Shown here one piece after another: positions 29,201 to 44,200 of a stretch of DNA of 64,000 bases. The stretch comes from Eledone cirrhosa (Eukaryota). The translations under genes and the position numbers were made by a program. The notes beneath the pieces are model-generated. The model saw only the letters and a list, made by a program, of their open reading frames with translations. It was not told where the DNA came from and made no database searches. Each line of letters begins with the position of its first letter. Position 1 is the stretch's first letter. Location of the stretch: the NCBI GenBank assembly GCA_964016885.1, contig OZ024740.1, forward strand, positions 406,596,001 to 406,660,000, read 5' to 3'.

Positions 29201-30739
29201 ATTGTGGATTCCGTCATTAGTTAGTAGTCATTGTGGATTCCATTATTAGTTAGTAGTCATTGTGGATTCCGTTATTAGTTAGTAGCCATTGTGGATTCCG
29301 TTATTAGTTAGTAATCATTAGCTAGTAGTCGTTGTGGATTCCGTTATTAGTTAGTAGTCATTAGCTAGTAATCATTTTGGATTCCGACATTAGTTAGTAG
29401 CCATTGTGGATTCCGTTATTAGTTATTAGTCATTAGTTAGTAGTCATTGTGGATTCCGTCATTCGTTAGTAGTGAATGTGGATTCCGTTATTAGTTAGTA
29501 GACATTGTGGATTCCGTTATTAGTTAGTAGTCATTAGCTAGTAGTCAATGTGGATTCCGTTATTAGTTAGTAGTCATTAGCTAGTAGTCATTTAGGATTC
29601 CGTCATTAGTTAGTAGTCATTAGCTAGTAGTCATGGTGGGTTTTATTATTAGTTTGTAGTCATTAGTTAGTAGTCTTTGTGGATTCCGTCATTAGTTAGT
29701 AGTCATTGTGGATTCCGTCATTAGTTAGTACTCATTAGCTAGTAGTCATTAGCTTGTAGTCATTGTGGATTCCGTCATTCGCTAGTAGACATTGTGGATT
29801 CCGTTATTAGTTAGTAGTCATTGTGGATTCCGTCATTAGCTAGTAGTCATTGTGGATTCCGTTATTAGTTAGTAGTCGTTAGCTAGTAGTCATTTTGGAT
29901 TTCGTTATTAGCTAGTAGTCATTGTGGATTCCGTGATTCGCTAGTAGACATTGTGGATTCCGTTATTAGTTAGTAGTCATTGTGGATTCCGTCATTAGTT
30001 AGTAGACATTGTGGATTCCGTTATTAGTTAGTAGTCATTGTGGATTCCGTTATTAGTTAGTAGTCATTGTGGATTCCGTCATAAGCTAGTAGTCATTGTG
30101 GATTCCGTCATTGGCTAGTAGTCATTGTGGATTCAGTTATTAGTTCGTAGTCAATGTGGATTCCGTCATTCGTTAGTAGTCATTGTGGATTCCATTATTA
30201 GTTAGTAGTCATTGTGGATTCCGTTATTAGTTAGTAGCCATTGTGGATTCCGTTATTAGTTAGTAGTCATTAGCTAGTAGTCACTGTGGATTCCGTTATT
30301 AGTTAGTAGTCATTAGCTAGAAGTCATTTTTGATTCCGTCATTAGTTAGTAGTGATTGTGGATTCCCTCATCAGTTAGTAGTCATTGTGGATTCCGTTAT
30401 TAGTTAGTAGTCATTGTGGCTTCCGTTATTAGTTAGTAGTCATTGTAGATTCCGTTATTAGTTAGTAGTCATTAGCTAGTAGTCATTGTGGATTCGTCAT
30501 TCGCTAGTAGTTATTGTGGATTCCGTCATTAGTTAGTAGTCATTGTGGATTCAGTTATTAGTCAGTAGTCATTGTGGATTCCATTATTAGTTAGTAGTCA
30601 TTGTGGATTCCGTTATTAGTTAGTAGTCATTAGCTAGTAGTCATTTTGGATTCCGTCATTACGTAGGAGTCATTGTGGATTCCGTCATTACCTAGTAGTC
30701 ATTGTGGATTCAGTCATTAGCAAGTAGTCATTGTGGATT

Positions 30740-33700
30740 CCCTCATTAGTTAGTAGTCATTTTAGATTCCTTTATTAGTTAGTAGTCATTGTGGATTCCG
30801 TTATTAGTTAGTAGTCATTGTGGATTCCGTCATTAGTTAATAGTCATTAATTACCAGTCATTGTGGATCCGTCATTAGTTAGTAGTCATTAGCTAGTGGT
30901 CATTGTGGCTTCCGTCATTAGTTAGTAGTCATTGTGGATTCCGTTATTAGTTAGTAGCCATTAACTAGTAGTCATTGTAGATTCCGTCATTAGCTAGTAG
31001 TCATTGTGGATTTAATTATTAGTTAGTAGTCATTAGTTAGTAGTCATTGTGGATTCCGTCATTAGTCAGTAGTCCTTGTGGATTCCGTCATAAGTTAGTA
31101 GTCATTGTTGATTCCGTTATTAGTTAGTAATCATTCGCTAGAAATCATTGTGGATTCCATGATTCGCTAGTAGTCATGGAGGATTCCGTTATTAGTTAGT
31201 AGTCATTGTGGATTTCATTATTAGTTAATAGTCATTAGTTAGTAGTCTTTGTGGATTCTGTCATTAGTTAGTAGTCATTGTGCATTTGGTCATAAGTTAG
31301 TAGTCATTAGCTAGTAGTCATTAGCTAGTAGTCATTGTGGTTACCTCATTCGCTAGTAGTCATTGTGGATTCCGTTATTAGTTAGTAGTCATTGTGGATT
31401 CCGTCATTAGCTAGTAGTCATTGGCGATTCCCTTATTAGTTAGTAGTCATTGTGGATTTTGTTATTAGTTAGTAGTCATTGTGGATTCCGTTATTAGTTA
31501 GTAGTCATTGTGGATTCCGTTATTAGTTAGTAGCCATTGTGGATTCCGTTATTAGCTAGTAGTCATTTCGGATTCCGTCATTAGTTAGTAGTCATTGTGG
31601 ATTCCGTTATTAGTTAGTAGTCATTAGCTAGTAGTCATTGTGGATTCCGTCATTACCTAGTAGTCATTGTGGATACCGTCATTAGCTAGTAGTCTTTGTG
31701 GATTCCGTCATTAGCTAGTAGTCATTGTGGATTCAGTTATCAGTTAATAGTCATTAGCAAGTAGTCATTGTGGATGTCATTATTTAGTTAGTAGCCATTG
31801 TGGATTCCGTTATTAGCTAGTAGTCATTTCGGATTCCGTCATTAGTTAGTAGTCATTGTGGATTCCGTTATTAGTTAGTAGTCATTAGCTAGTAGTCATT
31901 GTGGATTTCATTATTAGTTTGTAGTCATTAGTTAGTTGTCTTTGTGGATTCCGTCATTAGTTAGTAGTCATTGTGGATTCCGTCATTAGTTAGTACTCAT
32001 TAGCTAGTAGTCATTAGCTTGTAGTCATTGTGGATTCCGTCATTCGCTAGTAGACATTGTGGATTCCGTTATTAGTTAGTAGTCATTGTGCATTCCGTCA
32101 TTAGCTAGTAGTCATTGTGGATTCCGTTATTAGTTAGTAGTCATTAGCTAGTAGTCATTGTGGATTCCGTTATTAGCTAGTAGTCATTGTGGATTCCGTG
32201 ATTCGCTAGTAGACATTGTGGATTCCGTTATTAGTTAGTAGTCATTGTGGATTCCGTTATTAGTTAGTAGTCATTGTGGATTCCGTCATAAGCTAGTAGT
32301 CATTGTGGATTCCGTCATTGGCTAGTAGTCATTGTGGATTCCGTTATTAGTTCGTAGTCAATGTGGATTCCGTCATTCGTTAGTAGTCATTGTGGATTCC
32401 GTTATTAGTTAGTAGTCATTGTGGATTCCGTTATTAGTTAGTTGTCATTAGCTAGTAGGCATTGTGGATTCCGTTATTAGCTAGTAGTCATTGTAGATTC
32501 CGTTATTAGTTAGTAGTCATTAGCTAGTAGTCATTGTGGATTCGTCATTCGCTAGTAGTTATTGTGGATTCCGTCATTAGTTAGTAGTCATTGTGGATTC
32601 CGTTATTAGTCAGTAGTCATTGTGGATTCCATTATTAGTTAGTAATCATTAGCTAGTAGTCGTTGTGGATTCCGTTATTAGTTAGTAGTCATTAGCTAGT
32701 AGTCATTTTGGATTCCGACATTAGTTAGTAGTCATTGTGGATTCAGTCATTAGCTAGTAGTCATTGTGGATTCAGTTATTAGTTAGTAGGTATTAGCAAG
32801 TAGTCATTGTGGATTCCCTCATTAGTTAGTAGTCATTGTGGAATACATTATTAGTTAGTAGTCATTAGCTAGTAGTCAGTGTGGATTCCGTTATTAGTTA
32901 GTAGTCATTATGAATTCCATTATTAGTTAGTAGTCATTAGTTAGTACTCATTGTGGATTCCGTTATTATTTAGTAGTCATTGTGGATTCCGTTATTAGTT
33001 AGTAGTCATTTTAGATTCCCTTATTAGTTAGTAGTCATTGTGGATTCCGTTATTAGTTAGTAGTCATTGTGGATTCCGTCATTAGTTAATAGTCATTAAT
33101 TACCAGTCATTGTGGATCCGTCATTAGTTAGTAGTCATTAGCTAGTGGTCATTGTGGCTTCCGTCATTAGTTAGTAGTCATTGTGGATTCCCTTATTAGT
33201 TAGTAGTCATTAACTAGTAGTCATTGTAGATTCCGTCATTAGCTAGTAGTCATTGTGGATTTAATTATTAGTTAGTAGTCATTAGTTAGTAGTCATTGTG
33301 GATTCCGTCATTAGTCAGTAGTCCTTGTGGATTCCGTCATAAGTTAGTAGTCATTGTTGATTCCGTTATTAGTTAGTAATCATTCGCTAGAAGTCATTGT
33401 GGATTCCATGATTCGCTAGTAGTCATGGAGGATTCCGTTATTAGTTAGTAGTCATTGTGGATTTCATTATTAGTTAATAGTCATTAGTTAGTAGTCTTTG
33501 TGGATTCTGTCATTAGTTAGTAGTCATTGTGCATTTGGTCATAAGTTAGTAGTCATTAGCTAGTAGTCATTAGCTAGTAGTCATTGTGGATACCTCATTC
33601 GCTAGTAGTCATTGTGGATTCCGTTATTAGTTAGTAGTCATTGTGGATTCCGTCATTAGCTAGTAGTCATTGGCGATTCCCTTATTAGTTAGTAGTCATT

Positions 33701-36050
33701 GTGGATTCAGTTATTAGTTAGTAGTCATTGTGGATTCCGTTATTAGTTAGTAGTCATTGTGGATTCCGTCATTAGTTAGTAGTCATTGTGGATTCCGTTA
33801 TTAGTTAGTAGTCATTAGCTAGTAGTCATTGTGGATTCCGTCATTACCTAGTAGTCATTGTGGATACCGTCATTAGCTAGTAGTCTTTGTGGATTCCGTC
33901 ATTAGCTAGTAGTCATTGTGGATTCAGTTATCAGTTAATAGTCATTAGCAAGTAGTCATTGTGGATGTCATTATTAGTTATTAGTCATTAGCTGGTAGTC
34001 ATTGTGGATTCCGTCATTAGTTAGTAGTCATTGTGGATTCCGTCATTAGTTAGTACTCATTAGCTAGTAGTCATTAGCTTGTAGTCATTGTGGATTCCGT
34101 CATTCGCTAGTAGACATTGTGGATTCCGTTGTTAGTTAGTAGTCATTGTGCATTCCGTCATTAGCTAGTAGTCATTGTGGATTCCGTTATTAGTTAGTAG
34201 TCATTAGCTAGTAGTCATTGTGGATTCCGTTATTAGCTAGTAGTCATTGTGGATTCCGTGATTCGCTAGTAGACATTGTGGATTCCGTTATTAGTTAGTA
34301 GTCATTGTGGATTCCGTTATTAGTTAGTAGTCATTGTGGATTCCGTCATAAGCCAGTAGTCATTGTGGATTCCGTCATTGGCTAGTAGTCATTGTGGATT
34401 CCGTTATTAGTTCGTAGTCAATGTGGATTCCGTCATTCGTTAGTAGTCATTGTGGATTCCATTATTAGTTAGTAGTCATTGTGGATTCCGTTATTAGTTA
34501 GTAGCCATTGTGGATTCCGTTATTAGTTAGTAGTCATTAGCTAGTAGTCACTGTGGATTCCGTTATTAGTTAGTAGTCATTAGCTAGAAGTCATTTTTGA
34601 TTCCGTCATTAGTTAGTAGTGATTGTGGATTCCCTCATCAGTTAGTAGTCATTGTGGATTCCGTTATTAGTTAGTAGTCATTGTGGATTCCGTTATTAGT
34701 AAGTTGTCATTAGCTAGTAGTCATTGTGGATTCCGTTATTAGTTAGTAGTCATTAGCTAGTAGTCATTGTGGATTCGTCATTCGCTAGTAGTTATTGTGG
34801 ATTCCGTCATTAGTTAGTAGTCATTGTGGATTCCGTTATTAGTCAGTAGTCATTGTCGATTCCATTATTAGTTAGTAATCATTAGCTAGTAGTCGTTGTG
34901 GATTCCGTTATTAGTTAGTAGTCATTAGCTAGTAGTCATTTTGGATTCCGACATTAGTTAGTAGTCATTGTGGATTCAGTCATTAGCTAGAAGTCATTGT
35001 GGATTCAGTTATTAGTTAGTAGGTATTAGCAAGTAGTCATTGTGGATTCCCTCATTAGTTAGTAGTCATTGTGGAATACATTATTAGTTAGTAGTCATTA
35101 GCTAGTAGTCAGTGTGGATTCCGTTATTAGTTAGTAGTCATTATGAATTCCATTATTAGTTAGTAGTCATTAGTTAGTACTCATTGTGGATTCCGTTGTT
35201 AGTTAGTAGTCATTGTGGATTCCGTTATTAGTTAGTAGTCATTTTAGATTCCCTTATTAGTTAGTAGTCATTGTGGATTCCGTTATTAGTTAGTAGTCAT
35301 TGTGGATTCCGTCATTAGTTAATAGTCATTAATTACCAGTCATTGTGGATCCGTCATTAGTTAGTAGTCATTAGCTAGTGGTCATTGTGGCTTCCGTCAT
35401 TAGTTAGTAGTCATTGTGGATTCCGTTATTAGTTAGTAGTCATTAACTAGTAGTCATTGTAGATTCCGTCATTATCTAGTAGTCATTGTGGATTTAATTA
35501 TTAGTTAGTAGTCATTAGTTAGTAGTCATTGTGGATTCCGTCATTAGTCAGTAGTCCTTGTGGATTCCGTCATAAGATAGTAGTCATTGTTGATTCCGTT
35601 ATTAGTTAGTAATCATTCGCTAGAAGTCATTGTGGATTCCATAATTCGCTAGTAGTCATGGAGGATTCCGTTATTAGTTAGTAGTCATTGCGGATTTCAT
35701 TATTAGTTAATAGTCATTAGTTAGTAGTCTTTGTGGATTCCGTCATTAGTTAGTAGTCATTGTGCATTCGGTCATTAGTTAGTAGTCATTAGCTAGTAGT
35801 CATGAGCTAGTAGTCATCGTGTATTACCTCATTCGCTAGTAGTCATTGTGGATTCCGTTATTAGTTAGTAGTCATTGTGGATTCCGTCATTAGCTAGTAG
35901 TCATTGGCGATTCCCTTATTAGTTAGTAGTCATTGTGCATTCAGTTATTAGTTAGTAGTCATTGTGGATTCCGTTATTAGTTAGTAGTCATTGTGGATTC
36001 CGTTATTAGTTAGTAGCCATTGTGGATTCAGTTATTAGCTAGTAGTCATT
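30740..36050. repeat. Higher-order repeat of about 2.24 kb, about 2.4 copies
   Basis: Marker TTACCAG at 30851, 33100 and 35333 (spacing 2249, 2233), with the same downstream order of variants (GGCTTCC, GATTTAATT, CATGGAGG, GGCGATTCCC). Confidence 0.82.
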
Positions 36051-38279
36051 TCGGATTCCGTCATTAGTTAGTAGTCATTCTGGATTCCGTTATTAGTTAG
36101 TAGTCATTGTGGATTCCGTCATTAGCTAGTAGTCATTGGCGATTCCCTTATTAGTTAGTAGTCATTATGGATTCCGTCATTACCTAGTAGTAATGGTGGA
36201 TTCCGTCATTAGCTAGTAGTCATTGTGGATTCCGTCATTAGCTAGTAGTCATTGTGGATTCAGTTATTAGTTAGTAGTCATTAGCTAGTAGTCATTGTGG
36301 ATTTCATTATTAGTTAGTAGTCATTAGCTAGTAGTCATTGTGGATTCCGTTATTAGTTAGTAGTCATTAGCTAGTAGTCATTGTGGATTCCGTCATTACC
36401 TAGTAGTCATTGTGGATTACGTCATTAGTTAGTAGTCGTTGTGGATTCCGTTATTAGTTAGTAGTCGTAGTGGATTCCGTCATTAACTACTAGTCATTGT
36501 GGATTCCGTTATTAGTTAGTAGTCATTAGCTAGTAGTCATTGTGGATTCCGTTATTAGTTAGTAGTCATTGTAGATTAAGTTATTAGTTAGTAGTCATTA
36601 GCTAATAGTCATTTTGGATCCCATTATTAATTAGTAGTCATTGTGGATTCCGTTATTATTAAGTAGTCATTAGCTAGTCGTCATTGTGGATTCCGTCATT
36701 AGTTAATAGTCATTAACTACCCGTCATTGTGGATCCGTCATTAGTTAGTAGTGATTGTGGATTCCGTTATTAGTTAGTAGTCATTGTAGATTCCGTTATT
36801 AGTTAGTAGTCATTAGCTAGTGGTCATTGTGGATTCCGTGATTAGTTAGTAGTCATTGTGCATTCCGTTATTAGTTAGTAGTCATTAACTAGTAGTCGTT
36901 GTAGATTCCGTCATTAGCTAGTAGTCATTGTGGATTTAATTATAAGTTAGAATTCATTAGTAAGTAGTCATTGTGCATTACGTCATTAGTTAGTAGTCAT
37001 TGTAGATTCCGTTATTAGTTATTAGTCATTAGCTAGTAGTCATTGTGGATTCCGTCATTAGTCAGTAGTCATTGTGGATTCCGTTATTAGTTAGTAGTCA
37101 TTGTGGATTCCATTATTAGTTAGTAGTCATTTTGGATCCCATTATTAGTTGGTAGTCATTGTGGATTCCGTTATTAGTAAGTAGTCATTAGCTAGTAGTC
37201 ATTGTGGATTCCGTCATTAGTTAATAGTCATTAACTACCAGTCATTGTGGATCCATCATTAGTTACTAGTCATTGTGGATTCCGTTATTAGTTAGTAGTC
37301 ATTGTAGATTCCGTTATTAGTTAGTAGTCATTAGCTAGTGGTCATTGTGTATTCCGTGATTAGTTAGTAGTCATTGTGGATTCCGTTATTACTTAGTAGT
37401 CATTAACTAGTAGTCATTGTAGATTCCGTCATTAGTTAGTAGTCCTTGTGGATTCCGTCATAAGTTAGTAGTCATTGTGGATTCCGTTATTAGTTAGTAG
37501 TCATTAGCTAGAAGTCATTGTGGATTCCAGCATTTGCTCGTAGTCATGGAGGATTCCGTTATTAGTTAGTAGTCTTTGTGGATTCCGTCATTAGTTAGTA
37601 GTCATTGTGGATTCCGTCATTAGTTAGTAGTCATTAGCTAGTAGTCATTAGATAGTAGTCATTGTGGATTACGTCATTCGCCAGTAGTCATTGTGGATTC
37701 CGTCATTAGTTAGTAGTCATTGTGGATTCCATTATTAGTTAGTAGTCATTGTGGATTCCGTTATTAGTTAGTAGCCATTGTGGATTCCGTTATTAATTAG
37801 TCATCATTAGCTAGTAGTCGTTGTGGATTCCGTTATGAGTTAGTAGTCATTAGCTAGTAATCATTTTGGATTCCGACATTAGTTAGTAGCCATTGTGGAT
37901 TCCGTTATTAGTTATTAGTCATTAGTTAGTAGTCATTGTGGATTCCGTCATTCGTTAGTAGTGAATGTGGATTCCGTTATTAGTTAGTAGCCATTGTGGA
38001 TTCCGTTATTAGTTAGTAGTCATTAGCTAGTAGTCATTTAGGATTCCGTCATTAGTTAGTAGTCATTGTGGATTCCGTTGTTAGTTAGTAGTCATTAGCT
38101 AGTAGTCACTGTGGATTCCGTTATTAGTTAGTAGTCATTAGCTAGTAGTCATTTAGGATTCCGTCATTAGTTAGTAGTCATTGTGGATTCCGTTATTAGT
38201 TAGTAGTCATTAGCTAGTAGTCATTGTGGATTCCGTCATTACCTAGTAGTCATTGTGGATTCCGTCATTAGCTAGTAGT

Positions 38280-41200
38280 CTTTGTGGATTCCGTCATTAG
38301 CTAGTAGTCATTGTGGATTCAGTTATCAGTTAATAGTCATTAGCATGTAGTCATTGTGGAATTCATTATTAGTTATTAGTCATTAGCTAGTAGTCATTGT
38401 GGATTCCCTCATTAGTTAATAGTCATTGTGGATTCCGTTATTAGTTAGTAGTCATTGTGGATTCCGTCATTAGCTAGTAGTCATTGTGGATTCCGTTATT
38501 AGTTAGTAGTCATTAGCTAGTAGTCATTGTGGATTCCGTTATTAGCTAGTAGTCATTGTGGATTCCGTCATTCGCTAGTAGACATTGTGGATTCCGTTAT
38601 TAGTTAGTAGTCATTGTGGATTCCGTCATTAGTTAGTAGACATTGTGGATTCCGTTATTAGTTAGTAGTCATTGTGGATTCCGTTATTAGTTAGTAGTCA
38701 TTGTTGATTCCGTTATTAGTTAGTAATCATTCGCTAGAAGTCATTGTGGATTCCATGATTCGCTAGTAGTCATGGAGGATTCCGTTATTAGTTAGTAGTC
38801 ATTGTGGATTTCATTATTAGTTAATAGTCATTAGTTAGTAGTCATTGTGGATTCCGTCATTAGCTAGTAGTCATTGTGGATTTAATTATTAGTTAGTAGT
38901 CATTAGTTAGTAGTCATTGTGGATTCCGTCATTAGTCAGTAGTCCTTGTGGATTCCGTCATAAGTTAGTAGTCATTGTTGATTCCGTTATTAGTTAGTAA
39001 TCATTCGCTAGAAGTCATTGTGGATTCCATGATTCGCTAGTAGTCATGGAGGATTCCGTTATTAGTTAGTAGTCATTGTGGATTTCATTATTAGTTAATA
39101 GTCATTAGTTAGTAGTCTTTGTGGATTCTGTCATTAGTTAGTAGTCATTGTGCATTTGGTCATAAGTTAGTAGTCATTAGCTAGTAGTCATTAGCTAGTA
39201 GTCATTGTGGTTACCTCATTCGCTAGTAGTCATTGTGGATTCCGTTATTAGTTAGTAGTCATTGTGGATTCCGTCATTAGCTAGTAGTCATTGGCGATTC
39301 CCTTATTAGTTAGTAGTCATTGTGGATTCAGTTATTAGTTAGTAGTCATTGTGGATTCCGTTATTAGTTAGTAGTCATTGTGGATTCCGTCATTAGCTAG
39401 TAGTCATTGTGGATTCCGTCATTAGCTAGTAGTCATTGTGGATTCAGTTATCAGTTAATAGTCATTAGCATGTAGTCATTGTGGAATTCATTATTAGTTA
39501 TTAGTCATTAGCTAGTAGTCATTGTGGATTCCCTCATTAGTTAATAGTCATTGTGGATTCCGTTATTAGTTAGTAGTCATTAGCTAGTAGTCATTGTGGA
39601 TTTCATTATTAGTTAGTAGTCATTAGTTAGTAGTCTTTGTGGATTCCGTCATTAGTTAGTAGTCATTGTGGATTCCGTCATTAGTTAGTAGTCATTAGCT
39701 AGTAGTCATTAGCTAGTAGTCATTGTGGATTCCGTCATTCGCTAGTAGACATTGTGGATTCCGTTATTAGTTAGTAGTCATTGTGGATTCCGTCATTAGC
39801 TAGTAGTCATTGTGGATTCCGTTATTAGTTAGTAGTCATTAGCTAGTAGTCATTGTGGATTCCGTTATTAGCTAGTAGTCATTGTGGATTCCGTCATTCG
39901 CTAGTAGACATTGTGGATTCCGTTATTAGTTAGTAGTCATTGTGGATTCCGTCATTAGTTAGTAGACATTGTGGATTCCGTTATTAGTTAGTAGTCATTG
40001 TGGATTCCGTCATTCGCTAGTAGACATTGTGGATTCCGTTATTAGTTAGTAGTCATTGTGGATTCCGTCATTAGTTAGTAGACATTGTGGATTCCGTTAT
40101 TAGTTAGTAGTCATTGTGGATTCCGTTATTAGTTAGTAGTCATTGTTGATTCCGTTATTAGTTAGTAATCATTCGCTAGAAGTCATTGTGGATTCCATGA
40201 TTCGCTAGTAGTCATGGAGGATTCCGTTATTAGTTAGTAGTCATTGTGGATTTCATTATTAGTTAATAGTCATTAGTTAGTAGTCATTGTGGATTCCGTA
40301 ATTAGCTAGTAGTCATTGTGGATTTAATTATTAGTTAGTAGTCATTAGTTAGTAGTCATTGTGGATTCCGTCATTAGTCAGTAGTCCTTGTGGATTCCGT
40401 CATAAGTTAGTAGTCATTGTTGATTCCATGATTCGCTAGTAGTCATGGAGGATTCCGTTATTAGTTAGTAGTCATTGTGGATTTCATTATTAGTTAATAG
40501 TCATTAGTTAGTAGTCTTTGTGGATTCTGTCATTAGTTAGTAGTCATTGTGCATTTGGTCATAAGTTAGTAGTCATTAGCTAGTAGTCATTAGCTAGTAG
40601 TCATTGTGGTTACCTCATTCGCTGGTAGTCATTGTGGATTCCGTTATTAGTTAGTAGTCATTGTGGATTCCGTCATTAGCTAGTAGTCATTGGCGATTCC
40701 CTTATTAGTTAGTAGTCATTGTGGATTCAGTTATTAGTTAGTAGTCATTGTGGATTCCGTTATTAGTTAGTAGTCATTGTGGATTCCGTCATTAGCTAGT
40801 AGTCATTGTGGATTCCGTCATTAGCTAGTAGTCATTGTGGATTCAGTTATCAGTTAATAGTCATTAGCATGTAGTCATTGTGGAATTCATTATTAGTTAT
40901 TAGTCATTAGCTAGTAGTCATTGTGGATTCCCTCATTAGTTAATAGTCATTGTGGATTCCGTTATTAGTTAGTAGTCATTAGCTAGTAGTCATTGTGGAT
41001 TTCATTATTAGTTAGTAGTCATTAGTTAGTAGTCTTTGTGGATTCCGTCATTAGTTAGTAGTCATTGTGGATTCCGTCATTAGTTAGTAGTCATTAGCTA
41101 GTAGTCATTAGCTAGTAGTCATTGTGGATTCCGTCATTCGCTAGTAGACATTGTGGATTCCGTTATTAGTTAGTAGTCATTGTGGATTCCGTCATTAGCT

Positions 41201-44200
41201 AGTAGTCATTGTGGATTCCGTTATTAGTTAGTAGTCATTAGCTAGTAGTCATTGTGGATTCCGTTATTAGCTAGTAGTCATTGTGGATTCCGTCATTCGC
41301 TAGTAGACATTGTGGATTCCGTTATTAGTTAGTAGTCATTGTGGATTCCGTCATTAGTTAGTAGACATTGTGGATTCCGTTATTAGTTAGTAGTCATTGT
41401 GGATTCCGTCATTCGCTAGTAGACATTGTGGATTCCGTTATTAGTTAGTAGTCATTGTGGATTCCGTCATTAGTTAGTAGACATTGTGGATTCCGTTATT
41501 AGTTAGTAGTCATTGTGGATTCCGTTATTAGTTAGTAGTCATTGTTGATTCCGTTATTAGTTAGTAATCATTCGCTAGAAGTCATTGTGGATTCCATGAT
41601 TCGCTAGTAGTCATGGAGGATTCCGTTATTAGTTAGTAGTCATTGTGGATTTCATTATTAGTTAATAGTCATTAGTTAGTAGTCATTGTGGATTCCGTAA
41701 TTAGCTAGTAGTCATTGTGGATTTAATTATTAGTTAGTAGTCATTAGTTAGTAGTCATTGTGGATTCCGTCATTAGTCAGTAGTCCTTGTGGATTCCGTC
41801 ATAAGTTAGTAGTCATTGTTGATTCCGTTATTAGTTAGTAATCATTCGCTAGAAGTCATTGTGGATTCCATGATTCGCTAGTAGTCATGGAGGATTCCGT
41901 TATTAGTTAGTAGTCATTGTGGATTTCATTATTAGTTAATAGTCATTAGTTAGTAGTCTTTGTGGATTCTGTCATTAGTTAGTAGTCATTGTGCATTTGG
42001 TCATAAGTTAGTAGTCATTAGCTAGTAGTCATTAGCTAGTAGTCATTGTGGTTACCTCATTCGCTGGTAGTCATTGTGGATTCCGTTATTAGTTAGTAGT
42101 CATTGTGGATTCCGTCATTAGCTAGTAGTCATTGGCGATTCCCTTATTAGTTAGTAGTCATTGTGGATTCAGTTATTAGTTAGTAGTCATTGTGGATTCC
42201 GTTATTAGTTAGTAGTCATTGTGGATTCCGTCATTAGCTAGTAGTCATTGTGGATTCCGTCATTAGCTAGTAGTCATTGTGGATTCAGTTATCAGTTAAT
42301 AGTCATTAGCATGTAGTCATTGTGGAATTCATTATTAGTTATTAGTCATTAGCTAGTAGTCATTGTGGATTCCCTCATTAGTTAATAGTCATTGTGGATT
42401 CCGTTATTAGTTAGTAGTCATTAGCTAGTAGTCATTGTGGATTTCATTATTAGTTAGTAGTCATTAGTTAGTAGTCTTTGTGGATTCCGTCATTAGTTAG
42501 TAGTCATTGTGGATTCCGTCATTAGTTAGTAGTCATTAGCTAGTAGTCATTAGCTAGTAGTCATTGTGGATTCCGTCATTCGCTAGTAGACATTGTGGAT
42601 TCCGTTATTAGTTAGTAGTCATTGTGGATTCCGTCATTAGCTAGTAGTCATTGTGGATTCCGTTATTAGTTAGTAGTCATTAGCTAGTAGTCATTGTGGA
42701 TTCCGTTATTAGCTAGTAGTCATTGTGGATTCCGTCATTCGCTAGTAGACATTGTGGATTCCGTTATTAGTTAGTAGTCATTGTGGATTCCGTCATTAGT
42801 TAGTAGACATTGTGGATTCCGTTATTAGTTAGTAGTCATTGTGGATTCCGTCATTCGCTAGTAGACATTGTGGATTCCGTTATTAGTTAGTAGTCATTGT
42901 GGATTCCGTCATTAGTTAGTAGACATTGTGGATTCCGTTATTAGTTAGTAGTCATTGTGGATTCCGTTATTAGTTAGTAGTCATTGTTGATTCCGTTATT
43001 AGTTAGTAATCATTCGCTAGAAGTCATTGTGGATTCCATGATTCGCTAGTAGTCATGGAGGATTCCGTTATTAGTTAGTAGTCATTGTGGATTTCATTAT
43101 TAGTTAATAGTCATTAGTTAGTAGTCATTGTGGATTCCGTCATTAGCTAGTAGTCATTGTGGATTTAATTATTAGTTAGTAGTCATTAGTTAGTAGTCAT
43201 TGTGGATTCCGTCATTAGTCAGTAGTCCTTGTGGATTCCGTCATAAGTTAGTAGTCATTGTTGATTCCGTTATTAGTTAGTAATCATTCGCTAGAAGTCA
43301 TTGTGGATTCCATGATTCGCTAGTAGTCATGGAGGATTCCGTTATTAGTTAGTAGTCATTGTGGATTTCATTATTAGTTAATAGTCATTAGTTAGTAGTC
43401 TTTGTGGATTCTGTCATTAGTTAGTAGTCATTGTGCATTTGGTCATAAGTTAGTAGTCATTAGCTAGTAGTCATTGTGGTTACCTCATTCGCTAGTAGTC
43501 ATTGTGGATTCCGTTATTAGTTAGTAGTCATTGTGGATTCCGTCATTAGCTAGTAGTCATTGGCGATTCCCTTATTAGTTAGTAGTCATTGTGGATTCAG
43601 TTATTAGTTAGTAGTCATTGTGGATTCCGTTATTAGTTAGTAGTCATTGTGGATTCCGTCATTAGCTAGTAGTCATTGTGGATTCCGTCATTAGCTAGTA
43701 GTCATTGTGGATTCAGTTATCAGTTAATAGTCATTAGCATGTAGTCATTGTGGAATTCATTATTAGTTATTAGTCATTAGCTAGTAGTCATTGTGGATTC
43801 CCTCATTAGTTAATAGTCATTGTGGATTCCGTTATTAGTTAGTAGTCATTAGCTAGTAGTCATTGTGGATTTCATTATTAGTTAGTAGTCATTAGTTAGT
43901 AGTCTTTGTGGATTCCGTCATTAGTTAGTAGTCATTGTGGATTCCGTCATTAGTTAGTAGTCATTAGCTAGTAGTCATTAGCTAGTAGTCATTGTGGATT
44001 CCGTCATTCGCTAGTAGACATTGTGGATTCCGTTATTAGTTAGTAGTCATTGTGGATTCCGTCATTAGCTAGTAGTCATTGTGGATTCCGTTATTAGTTA
44101 GTAGTCATTAGCTAGTAGTCATTGTGGATTCCGTTATTAGCTAGTAGTCATTGTGGATTCCGTCATTCGCTAGTAGACATTGTGGATTCCGTTATTAGTT

